Shown here piece after piece: positions 43,825 through 53,574 of a stretch of DNA of 64,000 bases. The notes below the pieces were generated by a model that did not search any database, was not told where the DNA came from, and saw only the letters and a list, made by a program, of their open reading frames with translations. Numbering within the stretch: the stretch's first letter is position 1; the number at the start of each line of letters is the position of its first letter. The position numbers and the translations under genes were made by a program. This DNA is from Peptococcaceae bacterium (GTDB lineage: Bacteria > Bacillota > UBA994). The stretch is from NCBI GenBank assembly GCA_018334055.1, contig JAGXSS010000040.1:13407-77406 (forward strand), read 5' to 3'.

Positions 43825-44555
43825 ATGGTCACCCGAGCGAAGACGACCAGCAAGAACACGAGTTCTACAAGCTCGTTGACCGCCCCGTAGCTGTCCCCCG
43901 TAAGTCCTCCGAATTTCCTAGAGAGGGTGCGAGCCCACGCCAGCCCGACCATAAGGGAGACAGCTAGGGCGATTAGACCAGGCAGTCTGAGGAAAGCTAT
44001 GGTCGGAACTATGGCGACACCTAAGGAAAGAAACCACCCCCTGAGCTGCATTGGTTTTGTCAGAGCCTGTCCTAGGCCCTTTTCGCGCCCATAGGGAAAC
44101 GCTTGGGTTGCCAAAACGACCCCAACTTTGCCTACAGCAGGGGCGATGACTAGGGCGGTGATTGTGGAAACAGAGACAATGAGGAGCGACCACTTCAGCC
44201 CCAACAACAGTAAGGCCGCCGTTGTCCCAACGGCACCGATGCGACTGTCCTTCATAATTTCCAGCATTTCACTCCTGCTCTTGCGTGAGCCCAGAGCGTC
44301 AAAGGTGTCCATCCAGCCGTCTAAGTGTAGAGCACCAGTGATGATGGCGTTGCTAATCAGCCATAGCCACGCAGCAATTTGCGGTGACCATAGTCTCACG
44401 CCTACGAGGAATAGCCCCGCGTTGACCAGTCCGACGAGTAGGCCAACTAGGGGAAAGAATCCCAGAGTGGCATTCATCTCCTCGTCCGAGGCTATTCCAA
44501 CGCGGGGCATGGGTATAATTGTGAGAAAGGATAGTGCTAGGACAAAAGTTCTCAT
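43821..44555 (-). CDS. cobS: Adenosylcobinamide-GDP ribazoletransferase
   Basis: TGALHLDG..DT.D, IMKDSR.G, FGGLTGD.YG. Confidence 0.93.
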   Translation of the reverse strand: MRTFVLALSFLTIIPMPRVGIASDEEMNATLGFFPLVGLLVGLVNAGLFLVGVRLWSPQIAAWLWLISNAIITGALHLDGWMDTFDALGSRKSRSEMLEIMKDSRIGAVGTTAALLLLGLKWSLLIVSVSTITALVIAPAVGKVGVVLATQAFPYGREKGLGQALTKPMQLRGWFLSLGVAIVPTIAFLRLPGLIALAVSLMVGLAWARTLSRKFGGLTGDSYGAVNELVELVFLLVVFARVTI

Positions 44556-45487
44556 ACCCCGAAATACCTCCTGAAAGCGAACTGCAGTAACATCCCACCT
44601 ATGAGGAAAATAGCGCTAGCAGTGAACATCAACCGTGTAGTTAGTAGAATATCCGTAACCTCCAACTCGCGCCTTGGGTCACCGAGTAATGCGGCACAGT
44701 GAGGTTCTCCATCGTAGTAGTTTATTCCACCCAAAGACACGCCTAAAGCGCCGGCTACGCCAGCTTCGGGAATGCCGGCGTTAGGGCTACTGTGTTTGCC
44801 AGCATCCCTAAGGATTGTCTGCCGGCACCTGCGGTAATTGAGCGACAAAGCCCTGCTTGCAGCCACTAACGCCATACCGGTAAGACGTGCCGGGAGGTAA
44901 TTGGCTACATCGTCTAGCCGCGCTGCGGCCCAGCCGAAGCTGAAATAGCGGTCATCCTTGTGCCCTAGCATCGAGTCCATGGTGTTAATAGCCTTGTACA
45001 TAATGGCAAGCGGAGCTCCACCCAACAAGGCGTAGAACAGCGGGGCAGTCACGCCATCGACTAGATTCTCCGCCACAGTTTCGACGGTAGCACGAACTAT
45101 CTCTCGCTCATCCAGCGCTGCGGTATCACGCCCTACGATTTCTGCGAGATGTTGTCGGGCGGTCTCTAGATTTTTGCCCTGTAGTGCAACCTGTACCTTC
45201 ATCCCTGAATCATACAAGCCTCTGGCTGCTAGTGCAGTTGAGAGGAGCCACAGCTCCAGTAGTATTCTGTATTGACCGAATAGGACTATGAGATAGTGGG
45301 TAGAGGCATAAGCCACAGCGCATACGGCAATAACCAAAACAGCGCCCCGCAGCCGCGAGGCCTGCCGGTAGAGGACGCGTTCCATCAGTTTGACGAGTTT
45401 GCCAATTAGTACAACGGGATGCATGAATACTAGAGGAGCGGGATCACCTACTAGAAGGTCTAAGAGAAAGGCTACGGCCACCATCAC
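44552..45487 (-). CDS. cbiB: Adenosylcobinamide-phosphate synthase
   Basis: GDP...HPV, E...EN..DG, NT.DSM.G, DD..N..PAR, SPNAG.PE. Confidence 0.93.
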   Translation of the reverse strand: MMVAVAFLLDLLVGDPAPLVFMHPVVLIGKLVKLMERVLYRQASRLRGAVLVIAVCAVAYASTHYLIVLFGQYRILLELWLLSTALAARGLYDSGMKVQVALQGKNLETARQHLAEIVGRDTAALDEREIVRATVETVAENLVDGVTAPLFYALLGGAPLAIMYKAINTMDSMLGHKDDRYFSFGWAAARLDDVANYLPARLTGMALVAASRALSLNYRRCRQTILRDAGKHSSPNAGIPEAGVAGALGVSLGGINYYDGEPHCAALLGDPRRELEVTDILLTTRLMFTASAIFLIGGMLLQFAFRRYFGV

Positions 45488-46968
45488 CGCAGCCCTGTGA
45501 GTTGCATAATTTTGTCTATGTCCAAGTGTTTGCGTACGTGGCTAGCTAGACGGTCTAGCTCCGCCTCACGGTGGTCCCGGTAACGCACACCCTCAGGCAA
45601 AGGGCAGAACCCCTTGGCCTCCCGCACAGAGTTTATGAGCGCCCACCGAAATTCATCGTTATCAAAGACACCGTGGATGTAGGTTCCCCATATAGTACCA
45701 GCTTCATTAATACACCCATCAAGATGCGTACTGTCATCTTCTATCTCAAAAGCGGATGCCCCCGTAACCACTGAATTTCCCATGTGGATTTCGTAGCCTG
45801 ATATCGACCCTGAATAAAAGGGGAGCTTGCTTATAGCTTGGCAGCGTACGGTAGTCTTAGTGGGGCGAAAGGTTGTAGTAATCGGCAATAGTCCTAAGCC
45901 TACGGCCGCTTTCATATCAGTCTCTACGCCTAGGGGATCCAAAATATCGTGGCCAAGCAATTGATAGCCCCCACAAATGCCGATAATCTTGCGCCCTTGG
46001 CGGGCGGCAATCAGAAGTGCATCCGCCAGGCCTGTCTCTCGCAAAAATACCAGGTCAGCCACAGTGTTTTTGGTGCCTGGTATGATAACCACGTCGGCGG
46101 CCAAAACTTCGTCAAATGAGGTGGTGTAGAACAATCTAACTCCCGCCTCACAGGCTAGTGGGGCAAAGTCTGTGAAGTTAGAGATGCGCGGCAGTTTAAG
46201 GACGGCGATGTTAATATCGGCAGGGGTAGTTTGATGCCAGTTATCAAGGGAGACAGAGTCTTCTTCGTCCAAATCTAGATTGAAGAGATAGGGGATTACT
46301 CCTAAGACCGGCTTGTGGGTTAAGTCTTCGAGCATCTTTATTCCATCGGTAAAAAGGGATAGATCCCCCCTAAACTTGTTGACGATGAGGCCCACAACTA
46401 GGTCCCTTTCGTCTGGCGGCAGTAAGCTGACGGTACCATAGAGTGAGGCAAAGATACCGCCTCTGTCAATGTCTCCAACCATCAGAACGGGTGCTTGGGC
46501 GAGTTTAGCGGCTGCCATGTTGACGATATCCCGATCTTTGAGGTTGAGCTCCACAGGGCTGCCTGCACCTTCCATCACAACCACATCATAACGCCCTAGG
46601 AGCTCATCCAGCGCCTGTTTTACAATGGGTATAGCATTATCCAGGTAATTATCTCTGTACTCGCGGGCGGTCATGTTAGCCAGAGGCTTGCCCATAACCA
46701 CCACTTGGGCGCTCAGTTCTCCAGTGGGCTTCAGCAAAATGGGGTTCATGGCTACCTCTGGCTCTATGCCGCAGGCCTCAGCCTGGAGCGCTTGTGCTCG
46801 GCCAATCTCTAGGCCGTCGGGCGTAACATAGGAATTGAGGGCCATGTTTTGCGACTTGAATGGGGCTACAGAAAACCCCTCTTGCCTAAGTATTCGGCAC
46901 AAAGCAGCAGTCAGTATGCTTTTACCCACGTGGGATGCTGTGCCTTGCACCATAATAGCCTTACCCAT
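45484..46968 (-). CDS. cbiP: Cobyric acid synthase
   Basis: QGT.S..GKS, PFKSQNMALNS, EGAGSP.E.NL, GICGGYQ, GTYIHG.F. Confidence 0.95.
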   Translation of the reverse strand: MGKAIMVQGTASHVGKSILTAALCRILRQEGFSVAPFKSQNMALNSYVTPDGLEIGRAQALQAEACGIEPEVAMNPILLKPTGELSAQVVVMGKPLANMTAREYRDNYLDNAIPIVKQALDELLGRYDVVVMEGAGSPVELNLKDRDIVNMAAAKLAQAPVLMVGDIDRGGIFASLYGTVSLLPPDERDLVVGLIVNKFRGDLSLFTDGIKMLEDLTHKPVLGVIPYLFNLDLDEEDSVSLDNWHQTTPADINIAVLKLPRISNFTDFAPLACEAGVRLFYTTSFDEVLAADVVIIPGTKNTVADLVFLRETGLADALLIAARQGRKIIGICGGYQLLGHDILDPLGVETDMKAAVGLGLLPITTTFRPTKTTVRCQAISKLPFYSGSISGYEIHMGNSVVTGASAFEIEDDSTHLDGCINEAGTIWGTYIHGVFDNDEFRWALINSVREAKGFCPLPEGVRYRDHREAELDRLASHVRKHLDIDKIMQLTGLR

Positions 46969-47524
46969 GTAAAATCAATCCCTCCCGTTTTAAGCACAAG
47001 GGAATGCTTGCGGTGCAGAGATACAATTCGTCGGCCTGTTGAGCGAGCAGGCAGTTAACGCGACCTAGGGCGTCACGGAATACTCGCCCCACCTTGTAGG
47101 GCGGGACAAGGCCTAAGCCGACTTCATTGGTCACAATTATAGCGGGCCCGGTGCGCTGGCGCAGCATCGCGACCAGTTCGGAGGCCTTATCCTCCATAGT
47201 AGAAATGAAGGCCTGCGGATTTGCGAGAGCCATGGTTTCGTCCCTTAGCAGATGATTGCTAACCCATAAACCAAGGCAATCGATAACTAAGCATGCATCT
47301 GGCAACAGACTGTCGAGCCTACTTGCCAACTGAAGTGGCTCCTCCATCGTTTGCCAGTGGAGCGGCCGTCTACTTTGGTGTGCGCTAATGCGCTCCGTCA
47401 TTTCTTCATCTAAGGCTTCACCGGTAGCAATATAGGCGACTTGCGGATAATTAGCAGCATAATTCTCGGCGTAAGCACTTTTTCCACTACGCACGCCACC
47501 GGTGATTAATACTATTTTATTCAC
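46961..47524 (-). CDS. cobU: Bifunctional adenosylcobinamide kinase/guanylyltransferase
   Basis: GG.RSGKS..AE, ERI..H..RR, VTNEVG.G..P, FRD..G..N. Confidence 0.93.
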   Translation of the reverse strand: MNKIVLITGGVRSGKSAYAENYAANYPQVAYIATGEALDEEMTERISAHQSRRPLHWQTMEEPLQLASRLDSLLPDACLVIDCLGLWVSNHLLRDETMALANPQAFISTMEDKASELVAMLRQRTGPAIIVTNEVGLGLVPPYKVGRVFRDALGRVNCLLAQQADELYLCTASIPLCLKREGLILHG

Positions 47525-47620
47525 TATTTGGACCTCCTTAAACAACTAGCGCCTTCAAACAGAGCAATCTGAGGAACTTGGTACACAGGGTGCGACTTGC
47601 ATCCATCTTGCAACTCCAAT

Positions 47621-48358
47621 TCATGTATTTGCACCCTCCTTAAATACACCAATAGCAACTAGGTTAGCGAAAGTGTCCTCAATCGTGGCAACAGCTGCAG
47701 GGTCACAACTAAATGCAATCGCAGTAGCAGGCCCAGCAGATTTGTGCAAGATAGAACTGTCACTGGAGCATTGCAAACGGAGCTTTGCGGCCTCGGCCAT
47801 GGCCTGAGCCTCGTACAATATGCCTTTAGACCCTGCCGGAGCAACGTCTCTTATCCCGGGCTGAGCGAGTAGTCTCCTGAGTAGGGGGATGTCTGCAATC
47901 TCCGTGTCAGTGAGTTTGACCAGAGCGCCCACTTTAGGATTACCAACGGCAAGAACAACGTCGCCTATCCGAGATAAACCGGTGCGTACCCCATCCTTGG
48001 CTTTACCTATGCAGGTAATGCCTACACCCGTCTGTACAGTGGGTATATTTTTCTCGGTAGTAACAATCGTGATTCTTTCGGGGTAGGGGTGAACATGCCG
48101 AGCCTCAGCAAACACCCCTTTGAGAATGGGCGCAGCATCCTGTTCATTGATGGCAAAAGTGCAGGAAAGGGCAACTAGTTCCCCGCCTGCAGCCAAGAGT
48201 TCCATTAAGGCTACCCGTGCTAAGAAGTGTCCAACTACGGACGGGTCCACGCTCAAGAAGTCGCCAGAAAGGCCCCCAATGCCACCAATGGAGTCACAGG
48301 TGATGACGATATCATCTTCCTGCCCGTTCGGCACAACTAGGAAGTCTCTACCGGACAT
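47621..48358 (-). CDS. cblS: Alpha-ribazole kinase (AIR-synthase-like)
   Basis: RD......CDS.GGIG...D, TE.N..T.QTG.G.T, GSKGI..E. Confidence 0.8.
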   Translation of the reverse strand: MSGRDFLVVPNGQEDDIVITCDSIGGIGGLSGDFLSVDPSVVGHFLARVALMELLAAGGELVALSCTFAINEQDAAPILKGVFAEARHVHPYPERITIVTTEKNIPTVQTGVGITCIGKAKDGVRTGLSRIGDVVLAVGNPKVGALVKLTDTEIADIPLLRRLLAQPGIRDVAPAGSKGILYEAQAMAEAAKLRLQCSSDSSILHKSAGPATAIAFSCDPAAVATIEDTFANLVAIGVFKEGANT

Positions 48359-48830
48359 ATGTAGCTTTTCTTAAGCTCGGTACCGCGTGGAGCATAGTTG
48401 CCAGAGCTACATTTAGTAGCGAGGCCACCATAATAGAGGGAGTAGCTGCTAAGAAGAAGGGCATGCCGAAAGCCGGGATCACAATAAATAGGGCCGGCAA
48501 TATCAGACCATTGATTAGAATGCCTGCTGTAGCGCCGAGGTAAAGACTGCGCTTTGCCAATAGGCCTGCACACAAAGCCGAAGCGGCCATGCCCAGGGAC
48601 ACTAGGGCATGGATTGGAATCCCCAGAGGAAATCCGCTTACAGCCGCCGTAGCCATGTGCCCTAGACTAGCTACAGTCGCCCCTAGCGCCGGGGAAATAC
48701 AAAGTGCGGCGAAGTAACCGGGGACAGCGTCAAGAGCCAGGCTACCGACCATGCTGGGGATTTTGATATAGGAGCCTACCACACTGAGAGCTAGGAGCAT
48801 GCTGAACTGAGCTAGTTGTCTGATGTTCAA
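48348..48830 (-). CDS. cblT: Alpha-ribazole transporter (ECF S-component)
   Basis: IKIPS..GS.ALD..PGYF, GH.ATA..SGFPL..P.H; first gene after B12 riboswitch, adjacent to cblS. Confidence 0.8.
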   Translation of the reverse strand: MNIRQLAQFSMLLALSVVGSYIKIPSMVGSLALDAVPGYFAALCISPALGATVASLGHMATAAVSGFPLGIPIHALVSLGMAASALCAGLLAKRSLYLGATAGILINGLILPALFIVIPAFGMPFFLAATPSIMVASLLNVALATMLHAVPSLRKATYVR

Positions 48831-48855
48831 GGAAACAACCCCCTTTCAGTTAATT

Positions 48856-48880
48856 AAAAAACCTCAGCTTTTGGCTGAGG
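48856..48880 (-). terminator. Attenuator terminator of cblT riboswitch
   Basis: CCTCAGC-CAAAA-GCTGAGG-TTTTTT on minus strand. Confidence 0.75.
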
Positions 48881-48946
48881 AGGACAAAGCTAGGTAACCC
48901 AAAGCTTTGACCCAGTCCCCTCGACCGCAGGACGGCGTCGTATACG

Positions 48947-49110
48947 GCATGGCAGGTCTCCTGGCTTAGGGATAAACGCGCCTAGCACCTTCCCATTTGC
49001 GCGAGCAAACAGTGGTTGTTGCTAAGTACTACCCTATACAGTGGCGGGACCGCTCAGGATTTTAACCTGATTCCCTTTTAACCCTTGTTACCCAAGGGCA
49101 CCATGCAGTT
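48947..49110 (-). ncRNA. Cobalamin riboswitch (cblTS-cob operon)
   Basis: AAAAGGGAAUCAGGU...CGGUCCCGCCACUGU...CCACUG...GGGAAG...GCCAGGAGACCUGCC. Confidence 0.95.
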
Positions 49111-49218
49111 TATTCAGTTCAGTCCTGAGTATAGCGCATAGAGTGTAAGTGCGCAATGTGCGCAATCACTCATAAAATCCAACCAAAGGACAAATGGCTC
49201 ACGCTAGGAATTCCAGCC

Positions 49219-49557
49219 TCATCTGCCGTGATGGGGGCAGTATACCAGATGAAATTCGTTGTAGATGTATGGAATGTCCCACACTGGGCAACGGGGTATG
49301 CGGTCTAAGTACCAAGGATAGAGTTCGCTCATGTTCAAAGGGTACCTCCCATGGATGATGCCAAAATACTCAGTTGCGTTTTGTACTACGTTTTGATTAA
49401 ATCTACATGTGGCTAGTTCCCAATCCGTGGGCTCCGCTAGGGGATTGCCGGTGATGGCACCGACATCGAGGATATTGGTGACGCTTATTAAGATGGCGGA
49501 CAAAATGGCGACAACTATGAGTAGCTCAAGTAGCGAAAAACCATTTTTTTGGCGCAA
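49219..49557 (-). CDS. Prepilin (type IV pilin/ComGC-like)
   Basis: Class III signal RQKNG|FSLLELLIVVAIL; C-terminal CP...CPHHG; TTG start after AAGGGGG. Confidence 0.85.
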   Translation of the reverse strand: MRQKNGFSLLELLIVVAILSAILISVTNILDVGAITGNPLAEPTDWELATCRFNQNVVQNATEYFGIIHGRYPLNMSELYPWYLDRIPRCPVWDIPYIYNEFHLVYCPHHGR

Positions 49558-49675
49558 GGCGAGCACCCCCTTGCAAGGAGTGTGCCCATTTTTGGAGTGG
49601 ACAAAACCTGTAACGATGCCGTTATACTTGTAGGAGCGGAAATACAACAACGAGAAAAATGTGGGGTGAGCAAAA

Positions 49676-51076
49676 GTGTTACGCCGGTTGACTGAGTTGA
49701 CCTTTCGTTTTCCGATATATGTCGTCGGCGGGGCGGTGCGGGATATCATTCTCGGCCGTGGGAGTAATGACTATGATTTGCTCATTCCAAAGCAGGATTT
49801 CCCGTCTCACCTCGCACAGATGACTGCACTGCTGGGAAAGAAGCCTTTTGTCCTGCACGAGGAGAGTGATATTTGGCGCTACCTATGCGATGAAACGGTT
49901 ATAGATGTGGCACCCCTCCACGGAACACTCGCGGAGGACCTCGAGCGGCGCGACTTCACTGTTAACTCCATGGCCATGGAACTGAAGGATTTTGTCGCCG
50001 AGGACCATGGGGCGATCATCGACTACCATCGTGGTCGAGAACATCTAGCCGAGCAAAGCCTCGTCTTGACTGGTTCCACCGCGCTTTCTGCTGACGCCTT
50101 GCGGATACTGCGTGCCGGACGCCTGATAGCGGAATTAGGGTTTTCACCGAGCAGTGAACTCCATGCCAAGGCGCTTCTTTCAGCACCACTTTTGCGCCAG
50201 TGCCCGGGAGAGAGAGTATGGTCTGAGCTCACTCGCCTGACGGTCGCGCCCTTCGCCTCATCTGCCTACACTTGGCTCGAAAAGGTCGGGGCCTTGGCAG
50301 TGCTCTTCCCCGAGTTTGCCGCGGAGCGTGGGGTACTGCAAAATCAGTATCACAGTTTTTGTGTCTACGAGCATTCGTGGAGAGCTTTTTTAGGTTACCT
50401 TGAAGTATGGGCATCCCCGAAATTCGCCGCAAGCGCAGTGCGCGAGCGATTGACACAGGAGCTCGCGCAGTTGCCTGCTAATATAGAGACAGTGTGTAAA
50501 CTCGGGGCCTTGCTCCACGACATCGGCAAGCCTCGCTCTAAGGGGCTCCGCCTTGATGGCAAAGTTACTTTTTATCGCCATGAGCAAATCGGGGTGGAAA
50601 TGCTGCCGCCGCTCACGCAACGCTTGCGTCTATCGAGTATGGAAGCCAAACTCTTGACCCGCTTTGTGCGGTGGCACACGTACCTAGCCCAACTGGCGCG
50701 CCAACCCCGCCTGCATGAAGGGCATCTCTACCGCATGGCGCGGCGTATGGGCACCTATTCTGTGCCGCTTTCCCTTTTTAGTGTGGCCGATCTCCTGGCT
50801 AAGGGAGAGGAGATGTGGACGGACCCGGCTTACACCGCAATCGTGACCACGCTCAACCAGTTTCTCACTGCTTGGTACTTCCGTCACGACGAAATCATTC
50901 AGCCCACACTGCCACTTAGTCCCCTGGTATTGGCCGAGGAACTAGGGCTTACGCCCGGGCGGTGGCTGCAGGAAAGTGTGACATTCTTGGAGGAGCAGGC
51001 GGCTCGGGGTAAAGTCAAGAGTAAAGAGCAGATGATCTTACTCGCCAGACAGTACTATGCCAATATGGATAAATAG
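49676..51076 (+). CDS. Class II tRNA nucleotidyltransferase with HD domain (probably CC-adding)
   Basis: VGGAVRD, DYD, EDL.RRDFTVN, DALR, H...LLHDIGK; short segment between the third carboxylate and RRD. Confidence 0.85.
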   Translation: MLRRLTELTFRFPIYVVGGAVRDIILGRGSNDYDLLIPKQDFPSHLAQMTALLGKKPFVLHEESDIWRYLCDETVIDVAPLHGTLAEDLERRDFTVNSMAMELKDFVAEDHGAIIDYHRGREHLAEQSLVLTGSTALSADALRILRAGRLIAELGFSPSSELHAKALLSAPLLRQCPGERVWSELTRLTVAPFASSAYTWLEKVGALAVLFPEFAAERGVLQNQYHSFCVYEHSWRAFLGYLEVWASPKFAASAVRERLTQELAQLPANIETVCKLGALLHDIGKPRSKGLRLDGKVTFYRHEQIGVEMLPPLTQRLRLSSMEAKLLTRFVRWHTYLAQLARQPRLHEGHLYRMARRMGTYSVPLSLFSVADLLAKGEEMWTDPAYTAIVTTLNQFLTAWYFRHDEIIQPTLPLSPLVLAEELGLTPGRWLQESVTFLEEQAARGKVKSKEQMILLARQYYANMDK

Positions 51077-51080
51077 GCCA

Positions 51081-52832
51081 CTACCTGATGCGCGTCTGAC
51101 CTTGGTAGACAAGACCACGCTCTCCGTCGATGGTGACAACTTGTCCGTCCTTGAGGATGCTGGTAGCGCCATTGATGCCTACGATGGTGGCTTTGTTTAA
51201 ATTTAGCCCGACTATGGCGCCGTGCGAGGTCAGGCCGCCCTCCTCGGTGATGATGCCTGCGGCTCTTTCCATCGCCGCGATGTACTCGCTGTCGGTGGCT
51301 AAGGTGACGAGAATATCCCCATCCTTTGTCTTGGCATTAGCCTCAGCGGCACTTCTGGCAACGCAAATTTTGCCTTCTGCGCTCTTGGCACCGATGCCCG
51401 TGCCCCGAGCGAGGACGTCTCCCACTACATGCACCTTGAGCACATTGGTGGTGCCGGGGACTCCTACAGGGATGCCCGCCGTTATGACGACTAGATCGCC
51501 ATTCTTGATCAAATTACCCTGCAAGGCGCGTTTTACAGAGCCTTCAATTAGGTCATCCGTCGTGGTGATAGGCGTGCCCACAATGGGGATAACTCCCCAA
51601 AGCAAGTTGAGGCGGCGGGCGACGACGGCGCTGGTCGTGATGGCAATTACCGGTGCTTGCGGGCGGTGTTTGGCGACCATGCGCGCTGTCCAACCCGAAT
51701 GGGTAGGCGTGATGATGGCAGCGGCCTCAAGCTCGGTGGCTACCTGCACGGTGGCATGGCTGATGGCGTCTGTGACGGTAGCACTTCTCACCTGACAGGC
51801 ATCGGCGGTAGATGTTCCGAGAGTTAGCGCTTGCTCTGTTCTCGCGGCAATGCGGGCCATGGTCAGGACGGACTCAAGGGGGTACTTCCCGCTGGCGGTC
51901 TCGCCGGATAGCATGATGGCATCGGTGCCGTCGAAAATTGCATTGGCGATGTCACTTGCTTCAGCCCTAGTGGGGCGGGGGTTGCGCATCATGGAATCCA
52001 GCATTTGCGTGGCGGTAATTACCGGCTTACCTAGAGCATTGCCCCTCCTGATCATCTCTTTTTGAATCAGGGGAACTTCTTCCGCTGGGAACTCTACCCC
52101 CATGTCGCCGCGGGCAACCATCAACCCATCGGCTACTTTCAAGATAGCCTCAAGATTGTCTACGCCCTCTTTGTTTTCTATTTTGGCAATAATGGGGATA
52201 TCGGCCCCCAGACCTTCAAGAAAGCGGCGTACTGCGTAAACATCATTGGCGGAACGCATGAATGATGCGGCTATGTAGTCAACGCCCTGTTCGACTCCGA
52301 ACTTCAGATCAGCTTCATCTTGAGGCGACAACGCCGGCAGACTGAGGGTCTTGCCGGGCACATTGACGCCTTTACGGTTGCTGAGCGGGCCTCCGACTAT
52401 TACCCGACAAACCACGGTACTGGCGGTCGTTTGCTCCACCTTCAGTTCAAGCAGGCCATCGTCAAGTAGCAAGCGGTCTCCGGGGATCACCTCGCGTGGC
52501 AGATTTATGTAAGTTACACTTACCTGCTCAGATGTTCCAGGTACAATCTGGGTGGTGAGAGTAAATAGACTGCCCGGGATGAGCTCGATGGGACCGTTGG
52601 CGAATGTCCCGATGCGTATCTCAGGGCCTTTGGTATCAAGCATGATGGCAACATGCTTGCCTTCCGCCTCCGCAGCGGCCCTCACTTTGGCAATGCGCAC
52701 GAGGTGCTCGTCATGTGTGCCATGGGAAAAATTATGTCGCGCGACGTCAAGTCCGGCCCTCACTAAGGCGCGCAATTGTTCCGGGCTATCACTTGCGGGC
52801 CCTATGGTGCAGACAATTTTTGTTTTCCTCAT
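51081..52832 (-). CDS. pyk: Pyruvate kinase with C-terminal PEP-utiliser swivel domain
   Basis: KTKIVCTIGP, LDTKGPEIR, IAKIEN, MVARGDMGVE, TATQML.SM, TSHGAIVG. Confidence 0.97.
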   Translation of the reverse strand: MRKTKIVCTIGPASDSPEQLRALVRAGLDVARHNFSHGTHDEHLVRIAKVRAAAEAEGKHVAIMLDTKGPEIRIGTFANGPIELIPGSLFTLTTQIVPGTSEQVSVTYINLPREVIPGDRLLLDDGLLELKVEQTTASTVVCRVIVGGPLSNRKGVNVPGKTLSLPALSPQDEADLKFGVEQGVDYIAASFMRSANDVYAVRRFLEGLGADIPIIAKIENKEGVDNLEAILKVADGLMVARGDMGVEFPAEEVPLIQKEMIRRGNALGKPVITATQMLDSMMRNPRPTRAEASDIANAIFDGTDAIMLSGETASGKYPLESVLTMARIAARTEQALTLGTSTADACQVRSATVTDAISHATVQVATELEAAAIITPTHSGWTARMVAKHRPQAPVIAITTSAVVARRLNLLWGVIPIVGTPITTTDDLIEGSVKRALQGNLIKNGDLVVITAGIPVGVPGTTNVLKVHVVGDVLARGTGIGAKSAEGKICVARSAAEANAKTKDGDILVTLATDSEYIAAMERAAGIITEEGGLTSHGAIVGLNLNKATIVGINGATSILKDGQVVTIDGERGLVYQGQTRIR

Positions 52833-52898
52833 CTTCGGTTCTCCCTCCAACATGTTCTTCTATTACATAAATTCCCTAATTTTTGCACATAATTAAGA

Positions 52899-53564
52899 TT
52901 AACTTGCGGCGCGGCTCTTTATCGGTACAGCGATCACCGCTCGGGTGGTGCTGTTCAGGCGGCCAAGCCAGTGAAAAATTTTAAAGGAGTTTTCTATGGC
53001 AGGACCGAGGCTAAAGGTGAGCACTATGGTACCTAGGCCAACAGGCCCACCCATGAGCCAACCAAAAATAAGGACGGTCAGCTCCATAACAGTACGCATC
53101 TTGCCCACCGGCCAGCCGGTACGCGCTGTCAGCGCCAACATGAGGCTGTCTCTCGGCCCAGCCCCGAGGCCGGCACTCATGTACATGGCACCTCCGAAGC
53201 CAAAAATCAGCGTACTTCCTGCGAGATACAGTAAAGATTGCAACTGAGATGACGCCGGCGGGATCAGGGCATATCCCACTGAGATATCAAAAAACCAGCC
53301 GATAAGCACCATATTCATAACCGTACCTAGAGCAGGCTTCACACCGAGAAAAAAACTAGCCGCAATTATACATAAACCCACCAATTGACTAACTTGGCCT
53401 TGGGTGAGCCCCACGTAGTTGGCGACGCCAAGGTGAAACACCGTCCATGAACCTACGCCCAAGGCGGCCTTGATCGAGATATCGATGCCGACCCCAATAA
53501 TGGCAAAAGCAAGGGTGATATACAGGCAGCGCAAGGTGAGCAGTCGTAGTCGAGACATAGACAC
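52899..53564 (-). CDS. YczE/YyaS/YitT family membrane protein
   Basis: LG..SW.VFH.G, GT..N...IG.F.D, G.GPRD.LM, GG..GLGT. Confidence 0.85.
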   Translation of the reverse strand: MSMSRLRLLTLRCLYITLAFAIIGVGIDISIKAALGVGSWTVFHLGVANYVGLTQGQVSQLVGLCIIAASFFLGVKPALGTVMNMVLIGWFFDISVGYALIPPASSQLQSLLYLAGSTLIFGFGGAMYMSAGLGAGPRDSLMLALTARTGWPVGKMRTVMELTVLIFGWLMGGPVGLGTIVLTFSLGPAIENSFKIFHWLGRLNSTTRAVIAVPIKSRAAS

Positions 53565-53574
53565 CCTTCTCTTC

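Noticed and set aside
39033-48830. De novo cobalamin biosynthesis cluster
   Set aside because: Only late and salvage genes; no corrin ring enzymes in the window
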